The notes below the pieces were generated by a model. The model did not search any database. It saw nothing but the letters and a program-made list of their open reading frames with translations, and was not told the origin of the DNA. Position numbers and translations under genes: made by a program. From Nitrososphaerota archaeon (GTDB lineage: Archaea > Thermoproteota > Nitrososphaeria > Nitrososphaerales > Nitrosopumilaceae), in NCBI GenBank assembly GCA_028867755.1, contig JAGWFT010000001.1:740727-804726 (forward strand): a stretch of 64,000 bases of DNA. Reading direction: 5' to 3'. This document shows, one piece after another, positions 15,846 through 24,551 of this stretch (position 1 is its first letter; every line of letters starts with the position of its first letter).

Positions 15846-16163
15846 CTAGGTACATGAGTATACTGCGTATTGTCCTTGAATTCCAGCAGCTCTACTTACA
15901 TTTGTTGCAGTAGTATCATTTTTGAGAACTAGATGACATTTCAGATCACTATTGGTATACATGCTGTGCTGTTTATCGGTCAGTGAAAGGGCTGTATCCA
16001 CGGAGGAGGTGGGCGAGTGTTTCTGTGTATCAAAATAAAAATGTCCAATTAGTTCCGGTATTGCTATCATTAGTACAACCAGGATGGCAAACATGTTTAA
16101 TCGCTTTTTTTGTTTGGCGTCCAACCGGTCTCTGATTTTAATGAACATTATATTAAGATACAA
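15846..16163 (-). CDS. Small membrane-anchored protein with a Cys pair (paralogue of 7231-7506)
   Basis: TM-PELIGH...SSVDTALSLT...KCHL...SRAAGIQGQYAVYSCT. Confidence 0.75.
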   Translation of the reverse strand: MYLNIMFIKIRDRLDAKQKKRLNMFAILVVLMIAIPELIGHFYFDTQKHSPTSSVDTALSLTDKQHSMYTNSDLKCHLVLKNDTTATNVSRAAGIQGQYAVYSCT

Positions 16164-16207
16164 TATGATTTACGTCTGATTGCAGTATGAAAAAAAGTTG
16201 GACAGTC

Positions 16208-16357
16208 CTACAGATGTAGGATTGCTGCGAGAATTCCGGCTCCAATCATTGTACCAAGACCCAAAAATAATAGGTCAAAAGCGATCACTTTCTTAAATGG
16301 TGCACGGACTTGCATTCCCCATACGCTTGGTTTTCTCATCTCAGGTGTATTATTCAT
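16208..16357 (-). CDS. 49-aa single-TM microprotein (not in the ORF track)
   Basis: Manual translation MNNTPEMRKPSVWGMQVRAPFKKVIAFDLLFLGLGTMIGAGILAAILHL. Confidence 0.5.
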   Translation of the reverse strand: MNNTPEMRKPSVWGMQVRAPFKKVIAFDLLFLGLGTMIGAGILAAILHL

Positions 16358-16443
16358 GTATTATAGTATGGGAAATACTAGATAGGATATTGTCAGCTAG
16401 GTTTGTTATTTGTAAGCTAGATTGTTGAAGATGCATCATATGC

Positions 16444-16581
16444 ATGAACAACAATATCTTACCTATGAGTATACAATGCGATAGTTGTGGCTCTAGAAAA
16501 ACTTCTATTCACTACAACTCCAAATACAAAGGATTTCGAGGTTCTTGTTCCACTTGTGGGATAGACTGGCCAGAATCATAA
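16444..16581 (+). CDS. 45-aa zinc-ribbon microprotein ending WPES (not in the ORF track)
   Basis: MNNNILPMSIQCDSCGSRKTSIHYNSKYKGFRGSCSTCGIDWPES: two CxxC. Confidence 0.7.
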   Translation: MNNNILPMSIQCDSCGSRKTSIHYNSKYKGFRGSCSTCGIDWPES

Positions 16582-16629
16582 ACTGCAATATTCTGTTCAT
16601 TCGTAAGGCCTACGATTAGGCTAGCTTCC

Positions 16630-17217
16630 TTATTTTTCAAACTCAGTCCAAATCGAGTCTATTTTATCTCTTAGTATCTTCACATCGATTTTTTCCATAA
16701 ACTCCCTTTCAACTATATATCCAGATACATCGTTCTCACTATGGGTCTGACCTGCAAGACCGTCTTCAACATGTGGTATACCTCCTGATCTCCACTCTCT
16801 CATCTCAAATAGCCACACAAGGTCTTCCAAATTTGAAAAATCAATATCGTCGTGGCCTATGAACAATATATGACATTTGGGAAGATTTTCATAGAGTTTT
16901 TCATAAGCAATCATCTGGGCCTTTGAGATGATCATTCTATCGTCATGAAATATCTTGAGCTCAAAAATCATAAACCCTCCATGGTGCTCAATTAGCCAAT
17001 CAATATCTGTACCTCCTGATGTTTTCATGCGTTTTGATATTATGTTGCCAAGAACCTCTCTTGTTTTTGCAAATAGGGCGGGATTTGCTATCTTGTGCTT
17101 TGGCTCGTCCAGTTCGTCCTTATCATATTTGGTCTTCTGAGAATGTTTTCTGGATGTCTCTTTAGGGTTGTATATGATGTCTGCAAGGCCTGTAACATCT
17201 GAAACCATCATGGGCAA
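16630..17217 (-). CDS. Putative PD-(D/E)xK nuclease-fold protein
   Basis: TDIDWLIEHHGGFMIFELK followed by SKAQMIAYEKL. Confidence 0.55.
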   Translation of the reverse strand: MPMMVSDVTGLADIIYNPKETSRKHSQKTKYDKDELDEPKHKIANPALFAKTREVLGNIISKRMKTSGGTDIDWLIEHHGGFMIFELKIFHDDRMIISKAQMIAYEKLYENLPKCHILFIGHDDIDFSNLEDLVWLFEMREWRSGGIPHVEDGLAGQTHSENDVSGYIVEREFMEKIDVKILRDKIDSIWTEFEK

Positions 17218-17325
17218 TAAGATTGACAGCCTTATAGATCCACAAAATCAATTTTTGAAAACAAAGAGCTGTTAGATGTTCTCCCAAAAAACAATCTAAC
17301 AAAAATACAAAGTTCGTACAGTTTT

Positions 17326-17904
17326 CTAGCCTAGAGCTCGTGAGTGTTTTTGAGTATGGGGTCTTTCACCTGGATATTTTCTTCTCATGTGTCCAGAAGG
17401 TCTTCCATACAATAGTTCAAGAAACCATGCCTCATGCTCTATCTCTTCTCTAAGTATGTCTTTTGCAACGTCGTATGTGGCAGGATCTTTGCCATGTGTC
17501 ATCTTACACACTTTGTTCCAATTGACAATTGCACCTTGTTCTGCCTTGAGGCATTTCTCAAGGATTGCCTTTGTGTCAGTTGGTTTTGTAGGTAATTGTA
17601 GAAATTCACATCCTGACATCTTGATAAAGTCTTGAGCATTAAGTGGTAGCTTGCCTCCCAATTCATAAATTCTTGAAAGACATGATTCAAAGTGACTTAG
17701 ATCTTCAAGTCTGGCATCCTCGATTACTCCCTTCAGCCCCTCTCCTTCCATTCCGGTGCAATGTGCTCTAAGATTTGTAAAATAGTAATAGGCTGTAAAT
17801 TCTACTGACGCATTGTAAACTAGAGCATTTATCAACTCCTTCACGTTGATGCCATTCTGTTCTAGCACTTTGACTCCAACAACATTTAGTTCTTTTTTAG
17901 TCAC
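17326..17904 (-). CDS. DPS-like ferritin-family protein (DpsL type)
   Basis: EFTAYYYFT.LR, EDARLEDLSHFE, C-x-F, AEQGAI, EEIEHEAWF, PSGH motifs of archaeal DPSL. Confidence 0.88.
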   Translation of the reverse strand: MTKKELNVVGVKVLEQNGINVKELINALVYNASVEFTAYYYFTNLRAHCTGMEGEGLKGVIEDARLEDLSHFESCLSRIYELGGKLPLNAQDFIKMSGCEFLQLPTKPTDTKAILEKCLKAEQGAIVNWNKVCKMTHGKDPATYDVAKDILREEIEHEAWFLELLYGRPSGHMRRKYPGERPHTQKHSRALG

Positions 17905-17965
17905 AAATACGGTTCAGGCTTGCTGGACGATATAAAGAGATCGTTAGGGGGCTAAGTTTATAATA

Positions 17966-17994
17966 ATTAGCTATCTAATGATTAGATATCTAAC
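17966..17994. promoter_or_regulatory. Tandem palindromic operators of the MarR-MFS operon
   Basis: attagctatctaat (17966-17979) and ttagatatctaa (17982-17993), between TTTATAAT (17957-17964) and ATG 17999. Confidence 0.65.
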
Positions 17995-17998
17995 TGAT

Positions 17999-18475
17999 AT
18001 GACAAAATATGATTTTGAGGCGAGTGTTGGATTTGTAGTAAACAACACGGCAAAGGCATTTCAGAAAACATTAGATTTTGAGCTCAGAAAAAACGTAGGT
18101 GTGACAATTAGTCAATGGAAAGTAGTGGCATCTCTTGTACAACAACCAGGTCTGACCCAGAAGGAAATTGCAGACAAGGTTGGTGTTGAAGGTGCAACAC
18201 TAGTCCCGATAATTGATAAGATGGAAGAAGAGGGACTATTAAAAAGAAAACCAGATTCTAACGATAGAAGAGTAAACAGGATCTATCTGACCTCCAAGGC
18301 AGATTCTTTGTGGAACTCTATGACAGAGTGTGCCATTCACATAAGAAAATCTTCCACCAAGTACATTTCAGAAGATGACCTTGAAACTACAATGAAAACA
18401 TTACGCAAGATATCAAAAAACCTATCAACATATTTTGCAGTTGGTACACTTGTAGAAATTTCAAGAAAAAAATAG
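17999..18475 (+). CDS. MarR family transcriptional regulator
   Basis: TISQWKVV...GLTQKEIA...TLVPIIDKMEEEGLLKR..D..DRRV..IYLT; ATG 17999 preferred. Confidence 0.93.
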   Translation: MTKYDFEASVGFVVNNTAKAFQKTLDFELRKNVGVTISQWKVVASLVQQPGLTQKEIADKVGVEGATLVPIIDKMEEEGLLKRKPDSNDRRVNRIYLTSKADSLWNSMTECAIHIRKSSTKYISEDDLETTMKTLRKISKNLSTYFAVGTLVEISRKK

Positions 18476-18488
18476 AGGCTAGGATAAA

Positions 18489-19973
18489 ATGGTAATGTCA
18501 AAGAACCCAAAAGATGCCGCAACTGATAAGATATCATCGAGGGCGTGGAAGACGCTTATCATACTAAGCTTGCTTGCAACTATGGCTATGTATGCAGAAA
18601 CAATGCTTGTACCAGCAATTCCTGATCTGATAAAAGATTTTCATATTTCATACAGTACTTCATCATGGATTCTTACAACCTATCTTCTAGCTGGAGCCAT
18701 AATGACACCAATTGCTGGCAAGATGTCAGATATCTGTGGAAAGAAAAAGATGTTGCTTGTAATTATGATAGTTTATGCAGTAGGAGTTTCGCTAGGAGGT
18801 TTTGTTACAAATATCTATGAAATGCTGGCAGTCAGGGTAGTACAAGGAATGGGAATGTCCATGTTCCCAATAGCTTTTGGATTGATAAGGGAACAATTTC
18901 CAATAAGTAAGATTGCAATTGGTCAGGGTATAATATCGTCTATGTTTGCTGGAGGTGCAGTTATTGGTCTTGTCGCAGGAGGGCACCTAATTCAAAACTA
19001 TGGATGGCAAGCAACCTTCTTCTCAATAATTCCAATTGTATTGGCATTGCTAGTAATAGTACAGAGGTTCATCCACGTAGATGAGGCTCATCCACAATGG
19101 AGGTCAGAAGAGATAAAGGAACAAAACACCAAGCCAAAAAATAGCATAGATATTCAGGGTGCAGTAACTCTTGCAGTATCTGTAACTGCGTTTCTGATGG
19201 CACTGACTTTTGTTGAGACCGGAGATATGGTGGGGTCTTCCACAATGATAGGATTAGTTGTAATTGGAATTGTATACCTGATTCTCTTTGCCATAATTGA
19301 AAAGAGATCAAAGTCACCACTAATAGATCTCAAGATACTTTTCAACAAGGTGATACTTCCATCGAATATACTGATAATGATTGTAGGAATGTCGATGTTC
19401 ATGGTCTTTCAGACAATACCTGTTCTTATTCGAAGTCCAACCCCGTTGGGATTTGGAGAGGATCCAGTAGCTACAGCAAATGTGCAGCTTCCGTTTGCAC
19501 TTGTCTTGCTTATCGTTGGCCCCACTTCGGGTTTTATCATATCAAAGCTTGGCTCTACAAAGCCGATAATAATTGGTAGCGTAATTAGTGCAATGGGATT
19601 TGCAAGTCTTTTCGTGTATCACTCGACAGAATTTATGATATCGATAAGCCTTGCAATATTATCAACCGGATTGTCACTTACAAATGTAGGTGCAATGAAT
19701 GTGATCATGGTTGCAACTCCAAAACAAAATGTAGGGGCCTCACTTGGTATGAGTACTCTGATCAGAATAATTGGTGCGTCAGTAGGACCTGCTATGGCTG
19801 GAATGTTTATGCAAACACACAGGACATCATTACCAGGAGTGTCTGGCACATTTCCGACTCCTGATTCTTACAATCTCATATTTCTCATTGCCACAATTAT
19901 TGCTATATCATCAATTGGGCTTGCGATATTTTTGAGGAAGTTTGTTTCTAAAACTATAGTTCACATCAAGTGA
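18489..19973 (+). CDS. MFS transporter (14-TM DHA2-like)
   Basis: GKMSDICGKK motif A, about 14 TMs; directly follows marR. Confidence 0.93.
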   Translation: MVMSKNPKDAATDKISSRAWKTLIILSLLATMAMYAETMLVPAIPDLIKDFHISYSTSSWILTTYLLAGAIMTPIAGKMSDICGKKKMLLVIMIVYAVGVSLGGFVTNIYEMLAVRVVQGMGMSMFPIAFGLIREQFPISKIAIGQGIISSMFAGGAVIGLVAGGHLIQNYGWQATFFSIIPIVLALLVIVQRFIHVDEAHPQWRSEEIKEQNTKPKNSIDIQGAVTLAVSVTAFLMALTFVETGDMVGSSTMIGLVVIGIVYLILFAIIEKRSKSPLIDLKILFNKVILPSNILIMIVGMSMFMVFQTIPVLIRSPTPLGFGEDPVATANVQLPFALVLLIVGPTSGFIISKLGSTKPIIIGSVISAMGFASLFVYHSTEFMISISLAILSTGLSLTNVGAMNVIMVATPKQNVGASLGMSTLIRIIGASVGPAMAGMFMQTHRTSLPGVSGTFPTPDSYNLIFLIATIIAISSIGLAIFLRKFVSKTIVHIK

Positions 19974-20799
19974 CATCTTGCGACTGGTCAGAATCCTGAG
20001 TCTCGTATTTGCTTTTAAGAAGACTGACCTCGTTTCGGGCAGCCTCATACTCATCTCTTGTTCGCACAAGTGCAGTTTTGACAATTTCCAGTTCCTTTTT
20101 CACAGACTCGTACTTTGAGTTTATAGCAGCTGCAATGACTCCAGCTGCCTCTACAATCTTCTTAGAGTCATCTTTTTTTCCAACTGATGCAAGTTCTTTC
20201 TCTATGAATTCTAACTCGTTCTTTGTTATGAGTATCTCCTTTTTCTTCAACTCTTGCTGCGACTTTAAAGAATCAAGCTCGGCTCTTACTTTCTGTGTAG
20301 CAGAGTTTAATTCGTCAAGCTCTGACTTGGAATTGTCTATCTTTGACTGAACTTCCTCAAGCTCTAATATCTTGGTGTTTTTTTGTGAATCGACTACAGA
20401 CATCTCATCTCTTATTTTCTGAATTTGTTGCTTTATTGCATCAACGTCTATCTGATTATACTGTGACTTTGTCATTGCAAGATCTAGTTTTGCAGTCTTG
20501 ATTTGTTCTAGGACTGATTCTCGTTCTACCATGATTGAGGTAATTTCTGATCTCAAAGAACCAAGTTCTTCTTTTGCAGTATTGGTCTCTTTTGTAATAG
20601 TATCAAGTTCAGTTTTCATGGCACCGATTTCACTAGAGCATGATTCTAATATGAGTGCACTTTGTTGAATCTCTTTTTTCAATTCGTCAAGCTCGTTTTG
20701 AAATTGTCCATTTTGAGTCTGTTCCAGACTCTTTACTTGGGCGTCTTTTGCAGGTTCTTCTCTCTCAGATTCCTTTCTTGATCGACCAAATAGGCCCAT
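19966..20799 (-). CDS. Long coiled-coil protein
   Basis: Heptad-rich E/K/L sequence; ATG 20799 (MGLFGR). Confidence 0.75.
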   Translation of the reverse strand: MGLFGRSRKESEREEPAKDAQVKSLEQTQNGQFQNELDELKKEIQQSALILESCSSEIGAMKTELDTITKETNTAKEELGSLRSEITSIMVERESVLEQIKTAKLDLAMTKSQYNQIDVDAIKQQIQKIRDEMSVVDSQKNTKILELEEVQSKIDNSKSELDELNSATQKVRAELDSLKSQQELKKKEILITKNELEFIEKELASVGKKDDSKKIVEAAGVIAAAINSKYESVKKELEIVKTALVRTRDEYEAARNEVSLLKSKYETQDSDQSQDVT

Positions 20800-20856
20800 T
20801 ATTAGAACTTGTTGCACGTGGTAAGAAAAGTATTCCTTTTTTGTAACAAAAGATCT

Positions 20857-21048
20857 CTATTTCCTTTTCTTCTTAAGAAAGCTCATGTAAAATCCCAATC
20901 CGCCTATGGCAAACCCAAATATGATTATGCCAAGTCCCTCTAGATTATTTTTGAAATACCCGGGAGCAAACACAAAGATCAATATTCCAATTACGATTAG
21001 AACCATACCACTTCCTTTGGGTCTGTTGTGTTCGCTATGTGCAGACAT
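20857..21048 (-). CDS. Small 2-TM membrane protein
   Basis: Two hydrophobic helices and a basic tail; 2 bp after lysS. Confidence 0.7.
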   Translation of the reverse strand: MSAHSEHNRPKGSGMVLIVIGILIFVFAPGYFKNNLEGLGIIIFGFAIGGLGFYMSFLKKKRK

Positions 21049-21050
21049 GG

Positions 21051-22634
21051 CTATAGGTACTCTGAGATTGTGGAGGCTACTTTTTTCCTTCCTATGTCTA
21101 GTATGAAAGGACCAATCTTCGGTCCCCTCTCTGCTGCAAGTATTATTTGATATAAAATTCTGAAAAAGTCTTTGGGTTGTACCCCATTGCTTTTTGCAAT
21201 ATTGTATATAGTATTTTGCAGGTCTTCCGGTTCTTTTTCTGCAGATAAAATACTTGCAAGCTCTGACAATGTTTTTTTTGTCATTGCATCTATCTGAACT
21301 TCAACCTTGGTTGGCTTGTCAAAGTCATCTGCATAGTTTCCTGCAAGTGTTATCAATTCATCAATTTCTGAAGACGGTTCCTTCATGGTTCCGTATTCTA
21401 TGAGCTTCTTTGTCACCTTGGAAGTCCTATCCTCTCTGAATATCTTACAAAGCTGAACCAACAATCTATAGTTCACATATGGTGTAGGGCTTGAGGGCTT
21501 GAGCAAATTTACGTACTCGTATAATCCCTTTACTCTGGTCGTCTTGTTCTCGTTATCAAGTTTTATCTTTCCAAAGTAAATGTTCTCAAGTTCATGGTAT
21601 TCGTCCATCAGTACAGGAATGTCTTCAAAGCCAATCTCACGGGCTCCTGTGATCCTTTTGTATAATAATAACAGAATAGACTTGGGTGTTCCATATCTTA
21701 ACCAGGCCTGCGATGTTACAACATTTCCAAGAGATTTTGATATTTTTTTTCCGCCCTTGTCAAGAAACATCTCGTATTTTACATGTGTAGGATGCTGAAA
21801 GCCAAGTATCTCGTCTGCAACCCAATCATTGACCTTTACTGAATCCATGATGTCTTTTCCGTAGGCTTCAAATCTTATGTCAAATGCCTGCCATCTTGCT
21901 GCAAACTCTACTTTCCATGCAAGCTTTCCAAGGTCTTTTGTAATGTCTGCAATTCCCTCATGTCCACATCCATCAAGAATCTTGGAACCAATAGTGGTTC
22001 CACTACATTTGTATTTTATCTTCTTCTCATCTGGAAGATATTCATAAGCAATAGCAGTATACAGTCTTCCACAATTTGCACAAACAGGAAAGTACGGTAG
22101 GGCTTCTTGATATTTTTCTTGGCCCACAAATTCTGCAATCTTTTCTCCAATTTTTTTGTTGTTTGTTAAAATGGTATGAATTTGATCTTTTAGTAGTCCA
22201 TTTCTGTAAGTGTCTACCCCCCGTTGGAACTTGTACTTGATTCCAAGCTTGTCCAGCCCATCAAGCAGAAGACTACTCATGTGCAACCCATACGAATCAT
22301 GACATCCAAACGGATCTGGAATAAATGAAACAGGTTTTGCAATATGATCCTTTAACCAGTCAGGTAATCCTTCAGGAATCTTTCTGAGACCGTCAAGATC
22401 ATCTGAATATGCAACAAGTTCTGACTTGAACCCAAAGTTTTCAAGTGCAAGTTTTATGCCATATGCTCTAACTGCATCACCCAAGCTTCCAATGTGAGGT
22501 ATTCCAGATGCGCCAAGACCACTCTCAACTCTTATCATGTTGGTGCTTCTACCAAGAGATTTTTCCCTTTCAAGAAGCTCATCTGCAAGTTTGTCTATCC
22601 AAGTACCCCTTCCTATTATTTTCTGTTCTTCCAT
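21051..22634 (-). CDS. lysS: Class I lysyl-tRNA synthetase
   Basis: SGLGASGIPHIGS (HIGH-like), KLAWKVEFAARW, GKD, KKISKS (KMSKS-like), GPKIG. Confidence 0.96.
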   Translation of the reverse strand: MEEQKIIGRGTWIDKLADELLEREKSLGRSTNMIRVESGLGASGIPHIGSLGDAVRAYGIKLALENFGFKSELVAYSDDLDGLRKIPEGLPDWLKDHIAKPVSFIPDPFGCHDSYGLHMSSLLLDGLDKLGIKYKFQRGVDTYRNGLLKDQIHTILTNNKKIGEKIAEFVGQEKYQEALPYFPVCANCGRLYTAIAYEYLPDEKKIKYKCSGTTIGSKILDGCGHEGIADITKDLGKLAWKVEFAARWQAFDIRFEAYGKDIMDSVKVNDWVADEILGFQHPTHVKYEMFLDKGGKKISKSLGNVVTSQAWLRYGTPKSILLLLYKRITGAREIGFEDIPVLMDEYHELENIYFGKIKLDNENKTTRVKGLYEYVNLLKPSSPTPYVNYRLLVQLCKIFREDRTSKVTKKLIEYGTMKEPSSEIDELITLAGNYADDFDKPTKVEVQIDAMTKKTLSELASILSAEKEPEDLQNTIYNIAKSNGVQPKDFFRILYQIILAAERGPKIGPFILDIGRKKVASTISEYL

Positions 22635-24220
22635 TATCCCAATTCCTTTGACATGTATGGGCCATCAAGTGAGTAGCCCAACTTTCTATAGTATTCTCGT
22701 GTGCCCACTGCACTTATGACCAGCAATTTCTTTGCATCAAATTCTTCGCTTGAAATTTTTTCAGCTTCATTCATCAAGCTCTTTCCTAGTCCCAAGTGTT
22801 GCATGCTGTCCTTGTCACGCTCGCCAAGCTTGAGTGATTTGCCGTACACGTGAAGTTCTCTTACAATGCACGTGTTTCCATCTATTTCCTTTCTGTGTGC
22901 CAAATTGCTTGGTTTTCGCAGCCTCAAGAACCCAAATATTCTGTCTTTCAAGTCATCGTATGACAGAAAGACCTCGTACCCTCCTGAGGACTCGTAGTTT
23001 TCTCGATTTAATCTGATATTATCAACGTTAATCGTACTGTCAGACAACCCAGCCTCTCTACATCTGATGCATTTGCAGGAAAGATTTTGTTTTTTGAGGT
23101 TTTGCTGTACCATCTGGCGCAGATTTCCAAGGTTGGGGCCTGCAATAATTTGATCAGAGGAGATCTCTCGCTGCATCCTCATTATTCGTACCCATCTTGG
23201 TATGATCTTTTTCATCTCGGTTAGCACTGCTATCATCTCATCTTGGGAATATGGTGCAAATTTGCCTTCCTTGTATGATTTGTATAGCAAAGTATCTTCA
23301 AGAACAAGTGTCGGATAGATCTTTAACATATCTGGTCTAAGGGCAGGATCAGAAAATAGTTTTTTAAAATCTTCAATATCTTCCCTGGGCGTCATGGTTG
23401 GTAGGCCAGGCATCATGTGTGCTACAATCTTATAGCCTGCATCTTTTGATATCTGAAATGATTCTACTACGTCTTTAAACGTGTGACCTCTGTTGACAAT
23501 CTGATAAACTCTCTCATGTAGGCTCTGGACTCCAATCTCAACTCTTGTTATGCCATAATCAAGCATCCAGTCTACATGCTGGGTCTTGCAATAGTCAGGC
23601 TTTGTCTCTATAGTGAACCCGACATTTCTTATGTTTGCCTTTTCATTATTTTTCTTGGCTGATTCCAAGTCAGGCGAATCAAATCCATTCAATGCATCAA
23701 AACACGACTTGATAAAAGATCTCTGATAATCTTGAGGCATGAAAAGAAATGTTCCTCCAACAATGACTAGCTCAAGCTTGGCACTGTCATGACCATATCC
23801 AATTAGATGATCAAGTTTGTCAAGAACCTGTTTCTTTGGATCGTAATTATTTGCTATGGCGTTTTGCGTGGACGGCTCTCTCCCGGTATAGCTGTTAGGT
23901 GTGTTGAATTCTACTCCTCCTGGGCAATACGTACATCTGCCATGGGGGCAAGCATATGGTTTTGGCATTAGTGCTATCACAGCTACGCCAGATGCAGTCT
24001 TTACAGGTTTCCTGATCAGTGCTCTTTGGAGCTTTACAAAGTCTTGTCCGCTGACTGATGCAAGAATCTCATAATTTCTTGGTATTCGCTCAAGTGAATA
24101 CTTGACACAGATGCATTTAATCTCACGCTTGACGTTCTTGCTTGTTGGTTCTGATATGGCAAGAAGATTGCGAGAAATTTCTCCACATGCATCCTCAAAG
24201 CTTATCCCTGCCTGTTGCAC
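22634..24220 (-). CDS. elp3: Elp3 tRNA U34 carboxymethyltransferase (radical SAM plus KAT)
   Basis: KTASGVAVIA..PKPYACPHGRCTYCPGG, ETKPD, RELHVYG, QHLGLG..L, VISAVGTREYYRKLGY. Confidence 0.96.
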   Translation of the reverse strand: MQQAGISFEDACGEISRNLLAISEPTSKNVKREIKCICVKYSLERIPRNYEILASVSGQDFVKLQRALIRKPVKTASGVAVIALMPKPYACPHGRCTYCPGGVEFNTPNSYTGREPSTQNAIANNYDPKKQVLDKLDHLIGYGHDSAKLELVIVGGTFLFMPQDYQRSFIKSCFDALNGFDSPDLESAKKNNEKANIRNVGFTIETKPDYCKTQHVDWMLDYGITRVEIGVQSLHERVYQIVNRGHTFKDVVESFQISKDAGYKIVAHMMPGLPTMTPREDIEDFKKLFSDPALRPDMLKIYPTLVLEDTLLYKSYKEGKFAPYSQDEMIAVLTEMKKIIPRWVRIMRMQREISSDQIIAGPNLGNLRQMVQQNLKKQNLSCKCIRCREAGLSDSTINVDNIRLNRENYESSGGYEVFLSYDDLKDRIFGFLRLRKPSNLAHRKEIDGNTCIVRELHVYGKSLKLGERDKDSMQHLGLGKSLMNEAEKISSEEFDAKKLLVISAVGTREYYRKLGYSLDGPYMSKELG

Positions 24221-24321
24221 GCCTTGTCTGAATGAGTTTGGGTATTAAATCCTAATCTGGACATGTAAAAACAAAACCCTTTTTGGCAATCATGACAATC
24301 TTAACACTGTGATATATTGAA

Positions 24322-24546
24322 ATGACTGTCGGATATGTGGCAATCCATTGTGATACAGGCAGAGAGTTATACGTATACGAACGTATCGTTGGAACGCATG
24401 GCGTAAAGGAAGCAAGCATTGTGATGGGGCTTTATGACATTATGTGCAAGATAGAGGCAGGAACTACAAAGGATCTAGAAGATGCAGTAATGAAGATAAG
24501 GAAAATCTCCCATGTGCAGACAACTATGACACTGCTTGTGTTGTAA
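24322..24546 (+). CDS. Stand-alone Lrp/AsnC ligand-binding (RAM) domain
   Basis: GVKEASIVMGLYDIMCKIE...IRKI..V..T.T; no HTH. Confidence 0.8.
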   Translation: MTVGYVAIHCDTGRELYVYERIVGTHGVKEASIVMGLYDIMCKIEAGTTKDLEDAVMKIRKISHVQTTMTLLVL

Positions 24547-24551
24547 AGATT

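Noticed and set aside
16206-16221. Palindrome TCCTACA-GA-TGTAGGA as an operator of the gene at 16163
   Set aside because: It lies within the end of the 49-aa ORF, occurs as a single copy and has no match at the paralogue's promoter.
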